The notes beneath the pieces are model-generated. The model was not told the origin of the DNA. It searched no databases and saw nothing but the letters and a program-made list of their open reading frames with translations. Of a stretch of DNA of 64,000 nt, positions 27,901-42,500 are shown piece by piece. Both the position numbers and the translations under genes were made by a program. Within the stretch, counting starts at the first letter, position 1. Each line of letters starts with the position of its first letter. The stretch comes from the human T2T-CHM13v2.0 reference genome, Homo sapiens. Location: NCBI RefSeq assembly GCF_009914755.1, contig NC_060925.1; one strand, given 5' to 3'.

Positions 27901-30900
27901 ACCATCATCAAATGGAATCAAAAATAACCATCATCAATTGGTATTGAATGGAATTCTCATCAAATGGAGTTCAAAGGAATCATAATCAAATGGAACCGAA
28001 TGGAATCCTCATTGAATGGAAATGAAAGGGGTCATCATCTAATGGAATCGCATGGAATCATCATAAAATGGAATCGAATGGAATCAACATCAAATGGAAT
28101 CAAATGGAATATTTGAACGGAATTGAATGGAATCGTCATCGAATGAATTGAATGCAATCATCGAATGGTCTCGAATGGAATCATCTTCAAATGGAATGGA
28201 ATGGAATCATCGCATAGAATCGAAAGGAATTATCATCGAATGGAATCGAATGGAATCAACACCAAACGGAAAAAAACGGAATTATCGAATGGAATCGAAG
28301 AGAATCATCGAATGGACCCGAATGGAATCATCTAATGGAATGGAATGGAATAATCCATGGACTCGAATGCAATCATCATCGAATGGAATCGAATGGAATC
28401 ATCCAATGGACTCGAATGGAATAATCATTGAACGGAATCGAATGGAATCATCATCGGATGGAAATGAATGGAATCATCATCGAATGGAATCGAATAGAAT
28501 TATGGAATGAAATCCAGTGTGATCATCATCGAATGGACCCGAATGGAATCATCATCCAACGGATGCTAATGGAATCAACATCGAATGAATCAAATGGAAA
28601 CACCATCGAATTGAAACGAATGGAATTACCATGAAATTGAAATGGATGGACTCATCATCGAATGGATTCGAAAGGAATCATCGAATAAAATTGATTGAAA
28701 TCATCATCGAATGGAATCGAATGGTATCATTGAATGGAATCGAATGGAATCATCATCAGATGGAAATGAATGGAATCGTCATAGAATGGAATCGAATGGA
28801 TTCATTGAATGGAATCAGATGGAATCATCGAATGGACTGGAATGGAATCATTGAATGGACTCGAAAGAGATCATGATTGAATGGAATTGAATAGAATCAT
28901 CGAATGGTCTCGATTGGAATCATTATCAAATGGAATCGAATGGAATCACCGAATAGAATCGAATGGAACAATCATCTAATGGACTCAAATGGAATTATCC
29001 TCAAATGGAATCGAATGGAATTATCGAATGCAATCGAATGGAATTATCGAATGCAATCGAATAGAATCATCGAATGGACTCGAATGGAATCATCGAATGG
29101 AATGGAATGGAACAGTCAATGAACTCGAATGGAATCATCATTGAATGGAATCGAATGGAATCATCGAGTGGAATCGAATGGAATTATGATCAAATGGAAT
29201 CGAATGTAATCATCATCAAATGGAATCAAAAATAACCATCATCAATTGGTATTGAATGGAATTGTCATCAAATGGAATTCAAAGGAAACATCATCAAATG
29301 GAACCGAATGGAATCCTCATTGAATGGAAATGAAAGGGGTCATCATCTAATGGAATCGCATGGAATCATCATCAAATGGAATCGAATGGAATCATCATCA
29401 AATGGAATCTAATGGAATCATTGAACAGAATTGAATGGAATCGTCATCAAATGAATTGAATGCAATCATCGAATGGTCTCGAATGGAATCATCTTCTAAT
29501 GGAAAGGAATGGAATCATCGCATAGAATCGAATGGAATTATCATCGAATGGAATCGAATGGTATCAACACCAAACGGAAAAAAACGGAATTATCGAATGG
29601 AATCGAAGAGAATCTTCGAACGGACCCGAATGGAATCATCTAATGGAATGGAATGGAATAATCCATGGACTCTAATGCAATCATAATCGAATGGAATGGA
29701 ATGGAATCATCGAATGGACTCGAATGGAATAATCATTGAACGGAATCGAATGGAATCATCATCGGATGGAAACGAATGGAATCATCATCGAATGGAAATG
29801 AAAGGAGTCATCATCTAATGGAATTGCATGGAATCATCATAAAATGGAATCGAATGGAATCAACATCAAATGGAATCAAATGGAATCATTGAACGGAATT
29901 GAATGGAATCGTCATCGAATGAATTGACTGCAATCATCGAATGGTCTCGAATGGAATCATCTTCAAATGGAAGGGAATGGAATCATCGCATAGAATCGAA
30001 TGGAATTATCATCGAATGGAATCGAATGGAATCAACATCAAACGGAAAAAAACAGAATTATCGTATGGAATCGAAGAGAATCATCGAATGGACCCGAATG
30101 GAATCATCTAATGGAATGGAATGGAATAATCCATGGACTCGAATGCAATCATCATCGAATGGAATCGAATGGAATCATCGAATGGACTTGAATGGAATAA
30201 TCATTGAACGGAATCGAATGGAATCATCATCGGATGGAAATGAATGGAATCATCATCGAATGGAATCGAATAGAATTATGGAATGAAATCCAGTGTGATC
30301 ATCATCGAATGGACCCGAATGGAATCATCATCCAACGGAAGCTAATGGAATCAACATCGAATGAATCGAATGGAAACACCATCGAATTGAAACGAATGGA
30401 ATTATCATGAAATTGAAATGGATGGACTCATCATCGAATGGATTCGAATGGAATCATCGAATAAAAGTGATTGAAATCATTATCGAATGGAATCGAATGG
30501 TATCATTGAATGGAATCGAATGGAATCATCATCAGATGGAAATGAATGGAATCGTCATAGAATGGAATCGAATGGATTCATTGAATGGAATCAGATGGAA
30601 TCATCGAATGGACTGGAATGGAATCATTGAATGGACTCGAAAGGGATCATTATTGAATGGAATTGAATGGAATCATCGAATGGTCTCGATTGGAATCATT
30701 ACCAAATGGAATCGAATGGAATCACCGAATAGAATCGAATGGAACAATCATCGAATGGACTCAAATGGAATTATCCTCCAATGGAATGGAATGGAATTAT
30801 CGAATGCAATCGAATGGAATTATCGAATGCAATCGAATAGAATCATCGAAAGGACTCGAATGGAATCATCGAATGGAATGGAATGGAACAGTCAATGAAC

Positions 30901-31900
30901 TCGAATGGAATCATCATTGAATGGAATCGAATGGAATCATCGAGTGGAATCAAATGGAATTATGATCAAATGGAATCGAATGTAATCATCATCAAATGGA
31001 ATCAAAAATAACCATCATCAATTGGTATTGAATGGAATTGTCATCAAATGGAATTCAAAGGAATCATCATCAAATGGAACCGAATGGAATCCTCATTGAA
31101 TGGAAATGAAAGGGGTCATCATCTAATGGAATCGCATGGAATCATCATCAAATGGAATCGAATGGAATCATCATCAAATGGAATCTAATGGAATCATTGA
31201 ACAGAATTGAATGGAATCGTCATCGAATGAATTGAATGCAATCATCGAATGGTCTCGAATGGAATCATCTTCTAATGGAAAGGAATGGAATCATCGCATA
31301 GAATCGAATGGAATTATCATCGAATGGAATCGAATGGTATCAACACCAAACGGAAAAAAACGGAATTATCGAATGGAATCGAAGAGAATCTTCGAACGGA
31401 CCCGAATGGAATCATCTAATTGAATGGAATGGAATAATCCATGGACTCGAATGCAATCATCATCGAATGGAATCGAATGGAATCATCGAATGGACTCGAA
31501 TGGAATAATCATTGAACGGAATCGAATGGAATCATCATCGGATGGAAACGAATGGAATCATCATCGAATGGAAATGAAAGGAGTCATCATCTAATGGAAT
31601 TGCATGGAATCATCATAAAATGGAATCGAATGGAATCAACATCAAATGGAATCAAATGGAATCATTGAACGGAATTGAATGGAATCGTCATCGAATGAAT
31701 TGACTGCAATCATCGAATGGTCTCGAATGGAATCATCTTCAAATGGAATGGAATGGAATCATCGCATAGAATCGAATGGAATTATCATCGAATGGAATCG
31801 AATGGAATCAACATCAAACGGAAAAAAACGGAATTATCGAATGGAATCGAAGAGAATCATCGAATGGACCCGAATGGAATCATCTAATGGAATGGAATGG
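16000..31900 (+). repeat. Near-identical tandem duplication, period 7944 bp (3 x 1776 + 2 x 1308), two copies
   Basis: Rare variants recur at +7944: GTGTGG (~16186/24130), CATTATCAGA (~17421/25365), AAGGGACCC, GGAGTTCAA (~20022/27966), ATATTTGAA, AAGAGATC, CTCTAATGC, AAAGTGATT. The left boundary lies between ~15927 and ~16185. Confidence 0.93.
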
Positions 31901-34900
31901 AATAATCCATGGACTCGAATGCAATCATCATCGAATGGAATCGAATGGAATCATCGAATGGACTCGAATGGAATAATCATTGAACGGAATCGAATGGAAT
32001 CATCATCGGATGGAAATGAATGGAATCATCATCGAATGGAATCGAATAGAATTATGGAATGAAATCCAGTGTGATCATCATCGAATGGACCCGAATGGAA
32101 TCATCATCCAACGGAAGCTAATGGAATCAACATCGAATGAATCAAATGGAAACACCATCGAATTGAAACGAATGGAATTATCATGAAATTGAAATGGATG
32201 GACTCATCATCGAATGGATTCGAATGGAATCATCGAATAAAATTGATTGAAATCATCATCCAATGGAATCGAATGGTATCATTGAATGGAATCGAATGGA
32301 ATCATCATCAGATGGAAATGAATGGAATCGTCATAGAATGGAATCGAATGGATTCATTGAATGGAATCAGATGGAATCATCGAATGGACTGGAATGGAAT
32401 CATTGAATGGACTCGAAAGGGATCATGATTGAATGGAATTGAATGGAATCATCGAATGGTCTCGATTGGAATCATTATCAAATGGAATCGAATGGAATCA
32501 CCGAATAGAATCGAATGGAACAATCATCGAATGGACTCAAATGGAATTATCCTCCAATGGAATCGAATGGAATTATCGAATGCAATCGAATGGAATTATC
32601 GAATGCAATCGAATAGAATCATCGAAAGGACTCGAATGGAATCATCGAATGGAATGGAATGGAACAGTCAATGAACTCGAATGGAATCATCATTGAATGG
32701 AATCGAATGGAATCATCGAGTGGAATCAAATGGAATTATGATCAAATGGAATCGAATGTAATCATCATCAAATGGAATCAAAAATAACCATCATCAATTG
32801 GTATTGAATGGAATTGTCATCAAATGGAATTCAAAGGAATCATCATCAAATGGAACCGAATGGAATCCTCATTGAATGGAAATGAAAGGGGTCATCATCT
32901 AATGGAATCGCATGGAATCATCATCAAATGGAATCGAATGGAATCATCATCAAATGGAATCTAATGGAATCATTGAACAGAATTGAATGGAATCGTCATC
33001 GAATGAATTGAATGCAATCATCGAATGGTCTCGAATGGAATCATCTTCTAATGGAAAGGAATGGAATCATCGCATAGAATCGAATGGAATTATCATCGAA
33101 TGGAATCGAATGGTATCAACACCAAACGGAAAAAAACGGAATTATCGAATGGAATCGAAGAGAATCTTCGAACGGACCCGAATGGAATCATCTAATTGAA
33201 TGGAATGGAATAATCCATGGACTCGAATGCAATCATCATCGAATGGAATCGAATGGAATCATCGAATGGACTCGAATGGAATAATCATTGAACGGAATCG
33301 AATGGAATCATCATCGGATGGAAACGAATGGAATCATCATCGAATGGAAATGAAAGGAGTCATCATCTAATGGAATTGCATGGAATCATCATAAAATGGA
33401 ATCGAATGGAATCAACATCAAATGGAATCAAATGGAATCATTGAACGGAATTGAATGGAATCGTCATCGAATGAATTGACTGCAATCATCCAATGGTCTC
33501 GAATGGAATCGTCTTCAAATGGAATGGAATGGAATCATCGCATAGAATCGAATGGAATTATCATCGAATGGAATCGAATGGAATCAACATCAAACGGAAA
33601 AAAACGGAATTATCGAATGGAATCGAAGAGAATCATCGAATGGACCCGAATGGAATCATCTAATGGAATGGAATGGAATAATCCATGGACTCGAATGCAA
33701 TCATCATCGAATGGAATCGAATGGAATCATCGAATGGACTCGAATGGAATAATCATTGAACGGAATCGAATGGAATCATCATCGGATGGAAATGAATGGA
33801 ATCATCATCGAATGGAATCGAATAGAATTATGGAATGAAATCCAGTGTGATCATCATCGAATGGACCCGAATGGAATCATCATCCAACGGAAGCTAATGG
33901 AATCAACATCGAATGAATCAAATGGAAACACCATCGAATTGAAACGAATGGAATTATCATGAAATTGAAATGGATGGACTCATCATCGAATGGATTCGAA
34001 TGGAATCATCGAATAAAATTGATTGAAATCATCATCGAATGGAATCCAATGGTATCATTGAATGGAATCGAATGGAATCATCATCAGATGGAAATGAATG
34101 GAATCGTCATAGAATGGAATCGAATGGATTCATTGAATGGAATCAGATGGAATCATCGAATGGACTGGAATGGAATCATTGAATGGACTCGAAAGGGATC
34201 ATGATTGAATGGAATTGAATGGAATCATCGAATGGTCTCGATTGGAATCATTATCAAATGGAATCGAATGGAATCACCGAATAGAATCGAATGGAACAAT
34301 CATCGAATGGACTCAAATGGAATTATCCTCAAATGGAATCGAATGGAATTATCGAATGCAATCGAATGGAATTATCGATTGCAATCGAATAGAATCATCG
34401 AATGGACTCGAATGGAATCATCGAATGGAATGGAATGGAACAGTCAATGAACTCGAATGGAATCATCATTGAATGGAATCGAATGGAATCATCGAGTGGA
34501 ATCGAATGGAATTATGATCAAATGGAATCGAATGTAATCATCATCAAATGGAATCAAAAATAACCATCATCAATTGGTATTGAATGGAATTGTCATCAAA
34601 TGGAATTCAAAGGAATCATCATCAAATGGAACCGAATGGAATCCTCATTGAATGGAAATGAAAGGGGTCATCATCTAATGGAATCGCATGGAATCATCAT
34701 CAAATGGAATCGAATGGAATCATCATCAAATGGAATCTAATGGAATCATTGAACAGAATTGAATGGAATCGTCATCGAATGAATTGAATGCAATCATCGA
34801 ATGGTCTCGAATGGAATCATCTTCTAATGGAAAGGAATGGAATCCTCGCATAGAATCGAATGGAATTATCATCCAATGGAATCGAATGGTATCAACACCA

Positions 34901-36538
34901 AACGGAAAAAAACGGAATTATCGAATGGAATCGAAGAGAATCTTCGAACGGACCCGAATGGAATCATCTAATTGAATGGAATGGAATAATCCATGGACTC
35001 GAATGCAATCATCATCGAATGGAATCGAATGGAATCATCGAATGGACTCGAATGGAATAATCATTGAACGGAATCGATTGGAATCATCATCGGATGGAAA
35101 CGAATGGAATCATCATCGAATGGAAATGAAAGGAGTCATCATCTAATGGAATTGCATGGAATCATCATAAAATGGAATCGAATGGAATCATCATCAATTG
35201 GAATCAAATGGAATCATTGAACGGAATTGAATGGAATTGTCATCGAATGAATTGACTGCAATCATCCAATGGTCTCGAATGGAATCATCTTCAAATGGAA
35301 TGGAATGGAATCATCGCATAGAATCGAATGGAATTATCATCGAATGGAATCGAATGGAATCAACATCAAACGGAAAAAAACGGAATTATCGAATGGAATC
35401 GAAGAGAATCATCGAATGGACCCGAATGGAATCATCTAATGGAATGGAATGGAATAATCCATGGACTCGAATGCAATCATCATCGAATGGAATCGAATGG
35501 AATCATCGAATGGACTCGAATGGAATAATCATTGAACGGAATCGAATGGAATCATCATCAGATGGAAATGAATGGAATCATCATCGAATGGAATCGAATA
35601 GAATTATGGAATGAAATCCAGTGTGATCATCATCGAATGGACCCGAATGGAATCATCATCCAACGGAAGCTAATGGAATCAACATCGAATGAATCGAATG
35701 GAAACACCATCGAATTGAAACGAATGGAATTATCATGAAATTGAAATGGATGGACTCATCATCGAATGGATTCGAATGGAATCATCGAATAAAATTGATT
35801 GAAATCATCATCGAATGGAATCGAATGGTATCATTGAATGGAATCGAATGGAATCATCATCAGATGGAAATGAATGGAATCGTCATAGAATGGAATCGAA
35901 TGGATTCATTGAATGGAATCAGATGGAATCATCGAATGGACTGGAATGGAATCATTGAATGGACTCGAAAGGGATCATGATTGAATGGAATTGAATGGAA
36001 TCATCGAATGGTCTCGATTGGAATCATTATCAAATGGAATCGAATGGAATCACCGAATAGAATCGAATGGAACAATCATCGAATGGACTCAAATGGAATT
36101 ATCCTCCAATGGAATCGAATGGAATTATCGAATGCAATCGAATGGAATTATCGAATGCAATCGAATAGAATCATCGAATGGACTCGAATGGAATCATCGA
36201 ATGGAATGGAATGGAATAGTCAATGAACTCGAATGGAATCATCATTGAATGGAATCGAATGGAATCATCGAGTGGAATCGAATGGAATTATGATCAAATG
36301 GAATGGAATGTAATCATCATCAAATGGAATCAAAAATAACCATCATCAATTGGTATTGAATGGAATTGTCATCAAATGGAATTCAAAGGAATCATCATCA
36401 AATGGAACCGAATGGAATCCTCATTGAATGGAAATGAAAGGGGTCATCATCTAATGGAATCGCATGGAATCATCATCAAATGGAATCGAATGGAATCATC
36501 ATCAAATGGAATCTAATGGAATCATTGAACAGAATTGA

Positions 36539-39500
36539 ATGGAATCGTCATCGAATGAATTGAATGCAATCATCGAATGGTCTCGAATGGAATCATCTTC
36601 TAATGGAAAGGAATGGAATCATCGCATAGAATCGAATGGAATTATCATCGAATGGAATCGAATGGTATCAACACCAAACGGAAAAAAACGGAATTATCGA
36701 ATGGAATCGAAGAGAATCTTCGAACGGACCCGAATGGAATCATCTAATGGAATGGAATGGAATAATCCATGGACTCGAATGCAATCATCATCGAATGGAA
36801 TCGAATGGAATCATCGAATGGACTCGAATGGAATAATCATTGAACGGAATCGATTGGAATCATCATCGGATGGAAACGAATGGAATCATCATCGAATGGA
36901 AATGAAAGGAGTCATCATCTAATGGAATTGCATGGAATCATCATAAAATGGAATCGAATGGAATCAACATCAAATGGAATCAAATGGAATCATTGAACGG
37001 AATTGAATGGAATCGTCATCGAATGAATTGACTGCAATCATCCAATGGTCTCGAATGGAATCATCTTCAAATGGAATGGAATGGAATCATCGCATAGAAT
37101 CGAATGGAATTATCATCGAATGGAATCGAATGGAATCAACATCCAACGGAAAAAAACGGAATTATCGAATGGAATCGAAGAGAATCATCGAATGGACCCG
37201 AATGGAATCATCTAATGGAATGGAATGGAATAATCCATGGACTCGAATGCAATCATCATCGAATGGAATCGAATGGAATCATCGAATGGACTCGAATGGA
37301 ATAATCATTGAACGGAATCGAATGGAATCATCATCGGATGGAAACGAATGGAATCATCATCGAATGGAAATGAAAGGAGTCATCATCTAATGGAATTGCA
37401 TGGAATCATCATAAAATGGAATCGAATGGAATCAACATCAAATGGAATCAAATGGAATCATTGAACGGAATTGAATGAAATCGTCATCGAATGAATTGAA
37501 TGCAATCATCGAATGGTCTCGAATGGAATCATCTTCAAATGGAATGGAATGGAATCATCGCATAGAATCGAATGGAATTATCATCGAATGGAATCGAATG
37601 GAATCAACATCAAACGGAAAAAAACGGAATTATCGAATGGAATCGAAGAGAATCATCGAATGGACCCGAATGGAATCATCTAATGGAATGGAATGGAATA
37701 ATCCATGGACTCGAATGCAATCATCATCGAATGGAATCGAATGGAATCATCGAATGGACTCGAATGGAATAATCATTGAACGGAATCGAATGGAATCATC
37801 ATCGGATGGAAATGAAAGGAGTCATCATCTAATGGAATTGCATGGAATCATCATAAAATGGAATCGAATGGAATCAACATCAAATGGAATCAAATGGAAT
37901 CATTGAACGGAATTGAATGGAATCGTCATCGAATGAATTGAAAGCAATCATCGAATGGTCTCGAATGGAATCATCTTCAAATGGAATGGAATGGAATCAT
38001 CGCATAGAATCGAATGGAATTATCATCGAATGGAATCGAATGGAATCAACATCAAACAGAAAAAAACGGAATTATCAAATGGAATCGAAGAGAATCATCG
38101 AATGGACCCGAATGGAATCATCTAATGGAATGGAATGGAATAATCCATGGACTCGAATGCAATCATCATCGAATGGAATCGAATGGAATCATCGAATGGA
38201 CTCGAATGGAATAATCATTGAACGGAATCGAATGGAATCATCATCGGATGGAAATGAATGGAATCATCATCGAATGGAATCGAATAGAATTATGGAATGA
38301 AATCCAGTGTGATCATCATCGAATGGACCCGAATGGAATCATCATCCAACGGAAGCTAATGGAATCAACGTCGAATGAATCAAATGGAAACACCATCGAA
38401 TTGAAACGAATGGAATTACCATGAAATTGAAATGGATGGACTCATCATCGAATGGATTCGAATGGAATCATCGAATAAAATTGATTGAAATCATCATCGA
38501 ATGGAATCGAATGGTATCATTGAATGGAATCGAATGGAATCATCATCAGATGGAAATGAATGGAATCGTCATAGAATGGAATCGAATGGATTCATTGAAT
38601 GGAATCAGATGGAATCATCGAATGGACTGGAATGGAATCATTGAATGGACTCGAAAGGGATCATTATTGAATGGAATTGAATGGAATCATCGAATGGTCT
38701 CGATTGGAATCATTATCAAATGGAATCGAATGGAATCACCGAATAGAATCGAATGGAACAATCATCGAATGGACACAAATGGAATTATCCTCAAATGGAA
38801 TCGAATGGAATTATCGAATGCAATCGAATGGAATTATCGAATGCAATCGAATAGAATCATCGAATGGACTCGAATGGAATCATCGAATGGAATGGAATGG
38901 AACAGTCAATGAACTCGAATGGAATCATCATTGAATGGAATCGAATGTAATCATCATCAAATGGAATAAAAAATAACCATCATCAAATGGAATCAAAAAT
39001 AACCATCATCAATTGGTAGTGAATGGAATTCTCATCAAATGGAATTCAAAGGAATCATCATCAAATGGAACCGAATGGAATCCTCATTGAATGGAAATGA
39101 AAGGGGTTATCATCTAATGGAATCGCATGGAATCATCATAAAATGGAATCGAATGGAATCAACATCAAATGGAATCAAATGGAATCATTGAACGGAATTG
39201 AATGGAATCGTCATCGAATGAATTGAATGCAATCATCGAATGGTCTCGAATGGAATCATCTTCAAATGGAATGGAATGGAATCAGCACATAGAATCGAAT
39301 GGAATTATCATCGAATGGAATCGAATGGAATCAACATCAAACGGAAAAAAACGGAATTATCGAATGCAATCGAAGAGAATCATCGAATGGACCCGAATGG
39401 AATCATCTAATGGAATGGAATGGAATAATCCATGGACTCGAATGCAATCATCATCGAATGGAATCGAATGGAATCATCGAATGGACTCGAATGGAATAAT

Positions 39501-42500
39501 CATTGAACGGAATCGAATGGAATCATCATCGGATGGAAACGAATGGAATCATCATCGAATGGAATCAAATAGAATTATGGAATGAAATCCAGTGTGATCA
39601 TCATCGAATGGACCCGAATGGAATCATCATCCAACGGAAGCTAATGGAATCAACATCGAATGAATCAAATGGAAACACCATCGAATTGAAACGAATGGAA
39701 TTACCATGAAATTGAAATGGATGGACTCATCATCAAATGGATTCGAATGGATTCATCAAATAAAATTGATTGAAATCATCATCGAATGGAATCGAATGGT
39801 ATCATTGAATGGAATCGAATGGAATCATCATCAGATGGAAATGAATGGAATCGTCATAGAATGGAATCGAATGGATTCATTGAATGGAATCAGATGGAAT
39901 CATTGAATGGACTGGAATGGAATCATTGAATGGACTCGAAAGGGATCATTATTGAATGGAATTGAATGGAATCATCGAATGGTCTCGATTGGAATCATTA
40001 TCAAATGGAATCGAATGGAATCACCGAATAGAATCGAATGGAACAATCATCGAATGGACTCAAATGGAATTATCCTCCAATGGAATCGAATGGAATTATC
40101 GAATGCAATCGAATGGAATTATCGAATGCAATCGAATAGAATCATCGAATGGACTCGAATGGAATCATCGAATGGAATGGAATGGAACAGTCAATGAACT
40201 CGAATGGAATCATCATTGAATGGAATCGAATGGAATCATCGAGTGGAATCGAATGGAATTATGATCAAATGGAATGGAATGTAATCATCATCAAATGGAA
40301 TCAAAAATAACCATCATCAATTGGTATTGAATGGAATTGTCATCAAATGGAATTCAAAGGAATCATCATCAAATGGAACCGAATGGAATCCTCATTGAAT
40401 GGAAATGAAAGGGGTCATCATCTAATGGAATCGCATGGAATCATCATCAAATGGAATCGAATGGAATCATCATCAAATGGAATCTAATGGAATCATTGAA
40501 CAGAATTGAATGGAATCGTCATCGAATGAATTGAATGCAATCATCGAATGGTCTCGAATGGAATCATCTTCTAATGGAAAGGAATGGAATCATCGCATAG
40601 AATCGAATGGAATTATCATCGAATGGAATCGAATGGTATCAACACCAAACGGAAAAAAACGGAATTATCGAATGGAATCGAAGAGAATCTTCGAACGGAC
40701 CCGAATGGAATCATCTAATGGAATGGAATGGAATAATCCATGGACTCGAATGCAATCATCATCGAATGGAATCGAATGGAATCATCGAATGGACTCGAAT
40801 GGAATAATCATTGAACGGAATCGATTGGAATCATCATCGGATGGAAACGAATGGAATCATCATCGAATGGAAATGAAAGGAGTCATCATCTAATGGAATT
40901 GCATGGAATCATCATCAAATGGAATCGAATGGAATCAACATCAAATGGAATCAAATGGAATCATTGAACGGAATTGAATGGAATCGTCATCGAATGAATT
41001 GACTGCAATCATCCAATGGTCTCGAATGGAATCATCTTCAAATGGAATGGAATGGAATCATCGCATAGAATCGAATGGAATTATCATCGAATGGAATCGA
41101 ATGGAATCAACATCCAACGGAAAAAAACGGAATTATCGAATGGAATCGAAGAGAATCATCGAATGGACCCGAATGGAATCATGTAATGGAATGGAATGGA
41201 ATAATCCATGGACTCGAATGCAATCATCATCGAATGGAATCGAATGGAATCATCGAATGGACTCGAATGGAATAATCATTGAACGGAATCGAATGGAATC
41301 ATCATCGGATGGAAATGAATGGAATCATCATCGAATGGAATCGAATAGAATTATGGAATGAAATCCAGTGTGATCATCATCGAATGGACCCGAATGGAAT
41401 CATCATCCAACGGAAGCTAATGGAATCAACATCGAATGAATCAAATGGAAACACCATCGAGTTGAAACGAATGGAATTATCATGAAATTGAAATGGATGG
41501 ACTCATCATCGAATGGATTCGAATGGAATCATCGAATAAAATTGATTGAAATCATCATCGAATGGAATCGAATGGTATCATTGAATGGAATCGAATGGAA
41601 TCATCATCAGATGGAAATGAATGGAATCGTCATAGAATGGAATCGAATGGATTCATTGAATGGAATCAGATGGAATCATCGAATGGACTGGAATGGAATC
41701 ATTGAATGGACTCGAAAGGGATCATGATTGAATGGAATTGAGTGGAATCATCGAATGGTCTCGATTGGAATCATTATCAAATGGAATCGAATGGAATCAC
41801 CAAATAGAATCGAATGGAACAATCATCGAATGGACTCAAATGGAATTATCCTCCAATGGAATCGAATGGAATTATCGAATGCAATCGAATGGAATTATCG
41901 AATGCAATCGAAGAGAATCATCGAATGGACTCGAATGGAATCATCGAATGGAATGGAATGGAACAGTCAATGAACTCGAATGGAATCATCATTGAATGGA
42001 ATCGAATGGAATCATCGAGTGGAATCGAATGGAATTATGATCAAATGGAATCGAATGTAATCATCATCAAATGGAATCAAAAATAACCATCATCAATTGG
42101 TATTGAATGGAATTCTCATCAAATGGAATTCAAAGGAATCATCATCAAATGGAACCGAATGGAATCCTCATTGAATGGAAATGAAAGGGGTCATCATCTA
42201 ATGGAATCGCATGGAATCATCATCAAATGGAATCGAATGGAATCAACATCAAATGGAATCTAATGGAATCATTGAACGGAATTGAATGGAATCGTCATCG
42301 AATGAATTGAATGCAATCATCGAATGGTCTCGAATGGAATCATCTTCAAATGGAATGGAATGGAATCATCGCATAGAATCGAATGGAATTATCATCGAAT
42401 GGAATCGAATGGAATCAACATCAAACGGAAAAAAACGGAATTATCGAATGGAATCGAAGAGAATCTTCGAACGGACCCGAATGGAATCATCTAATGGAAT

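Larger units (their letters stand above)
445..36538 (+). repeat. Domain dominated by 1776-bp monomers (17 x 1776, 4 x 1308, 1 x 670)
   Basis: Monomer starts: 445, 2221, 3997, 5773, 7549, 8219, 9995, 11771, 13547, 15323, 17099, 18875, 20183, 21491, 23267, 25043, 26819, 28127, 29435, 31211, 32987, 34763. Confidence 0.92.
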
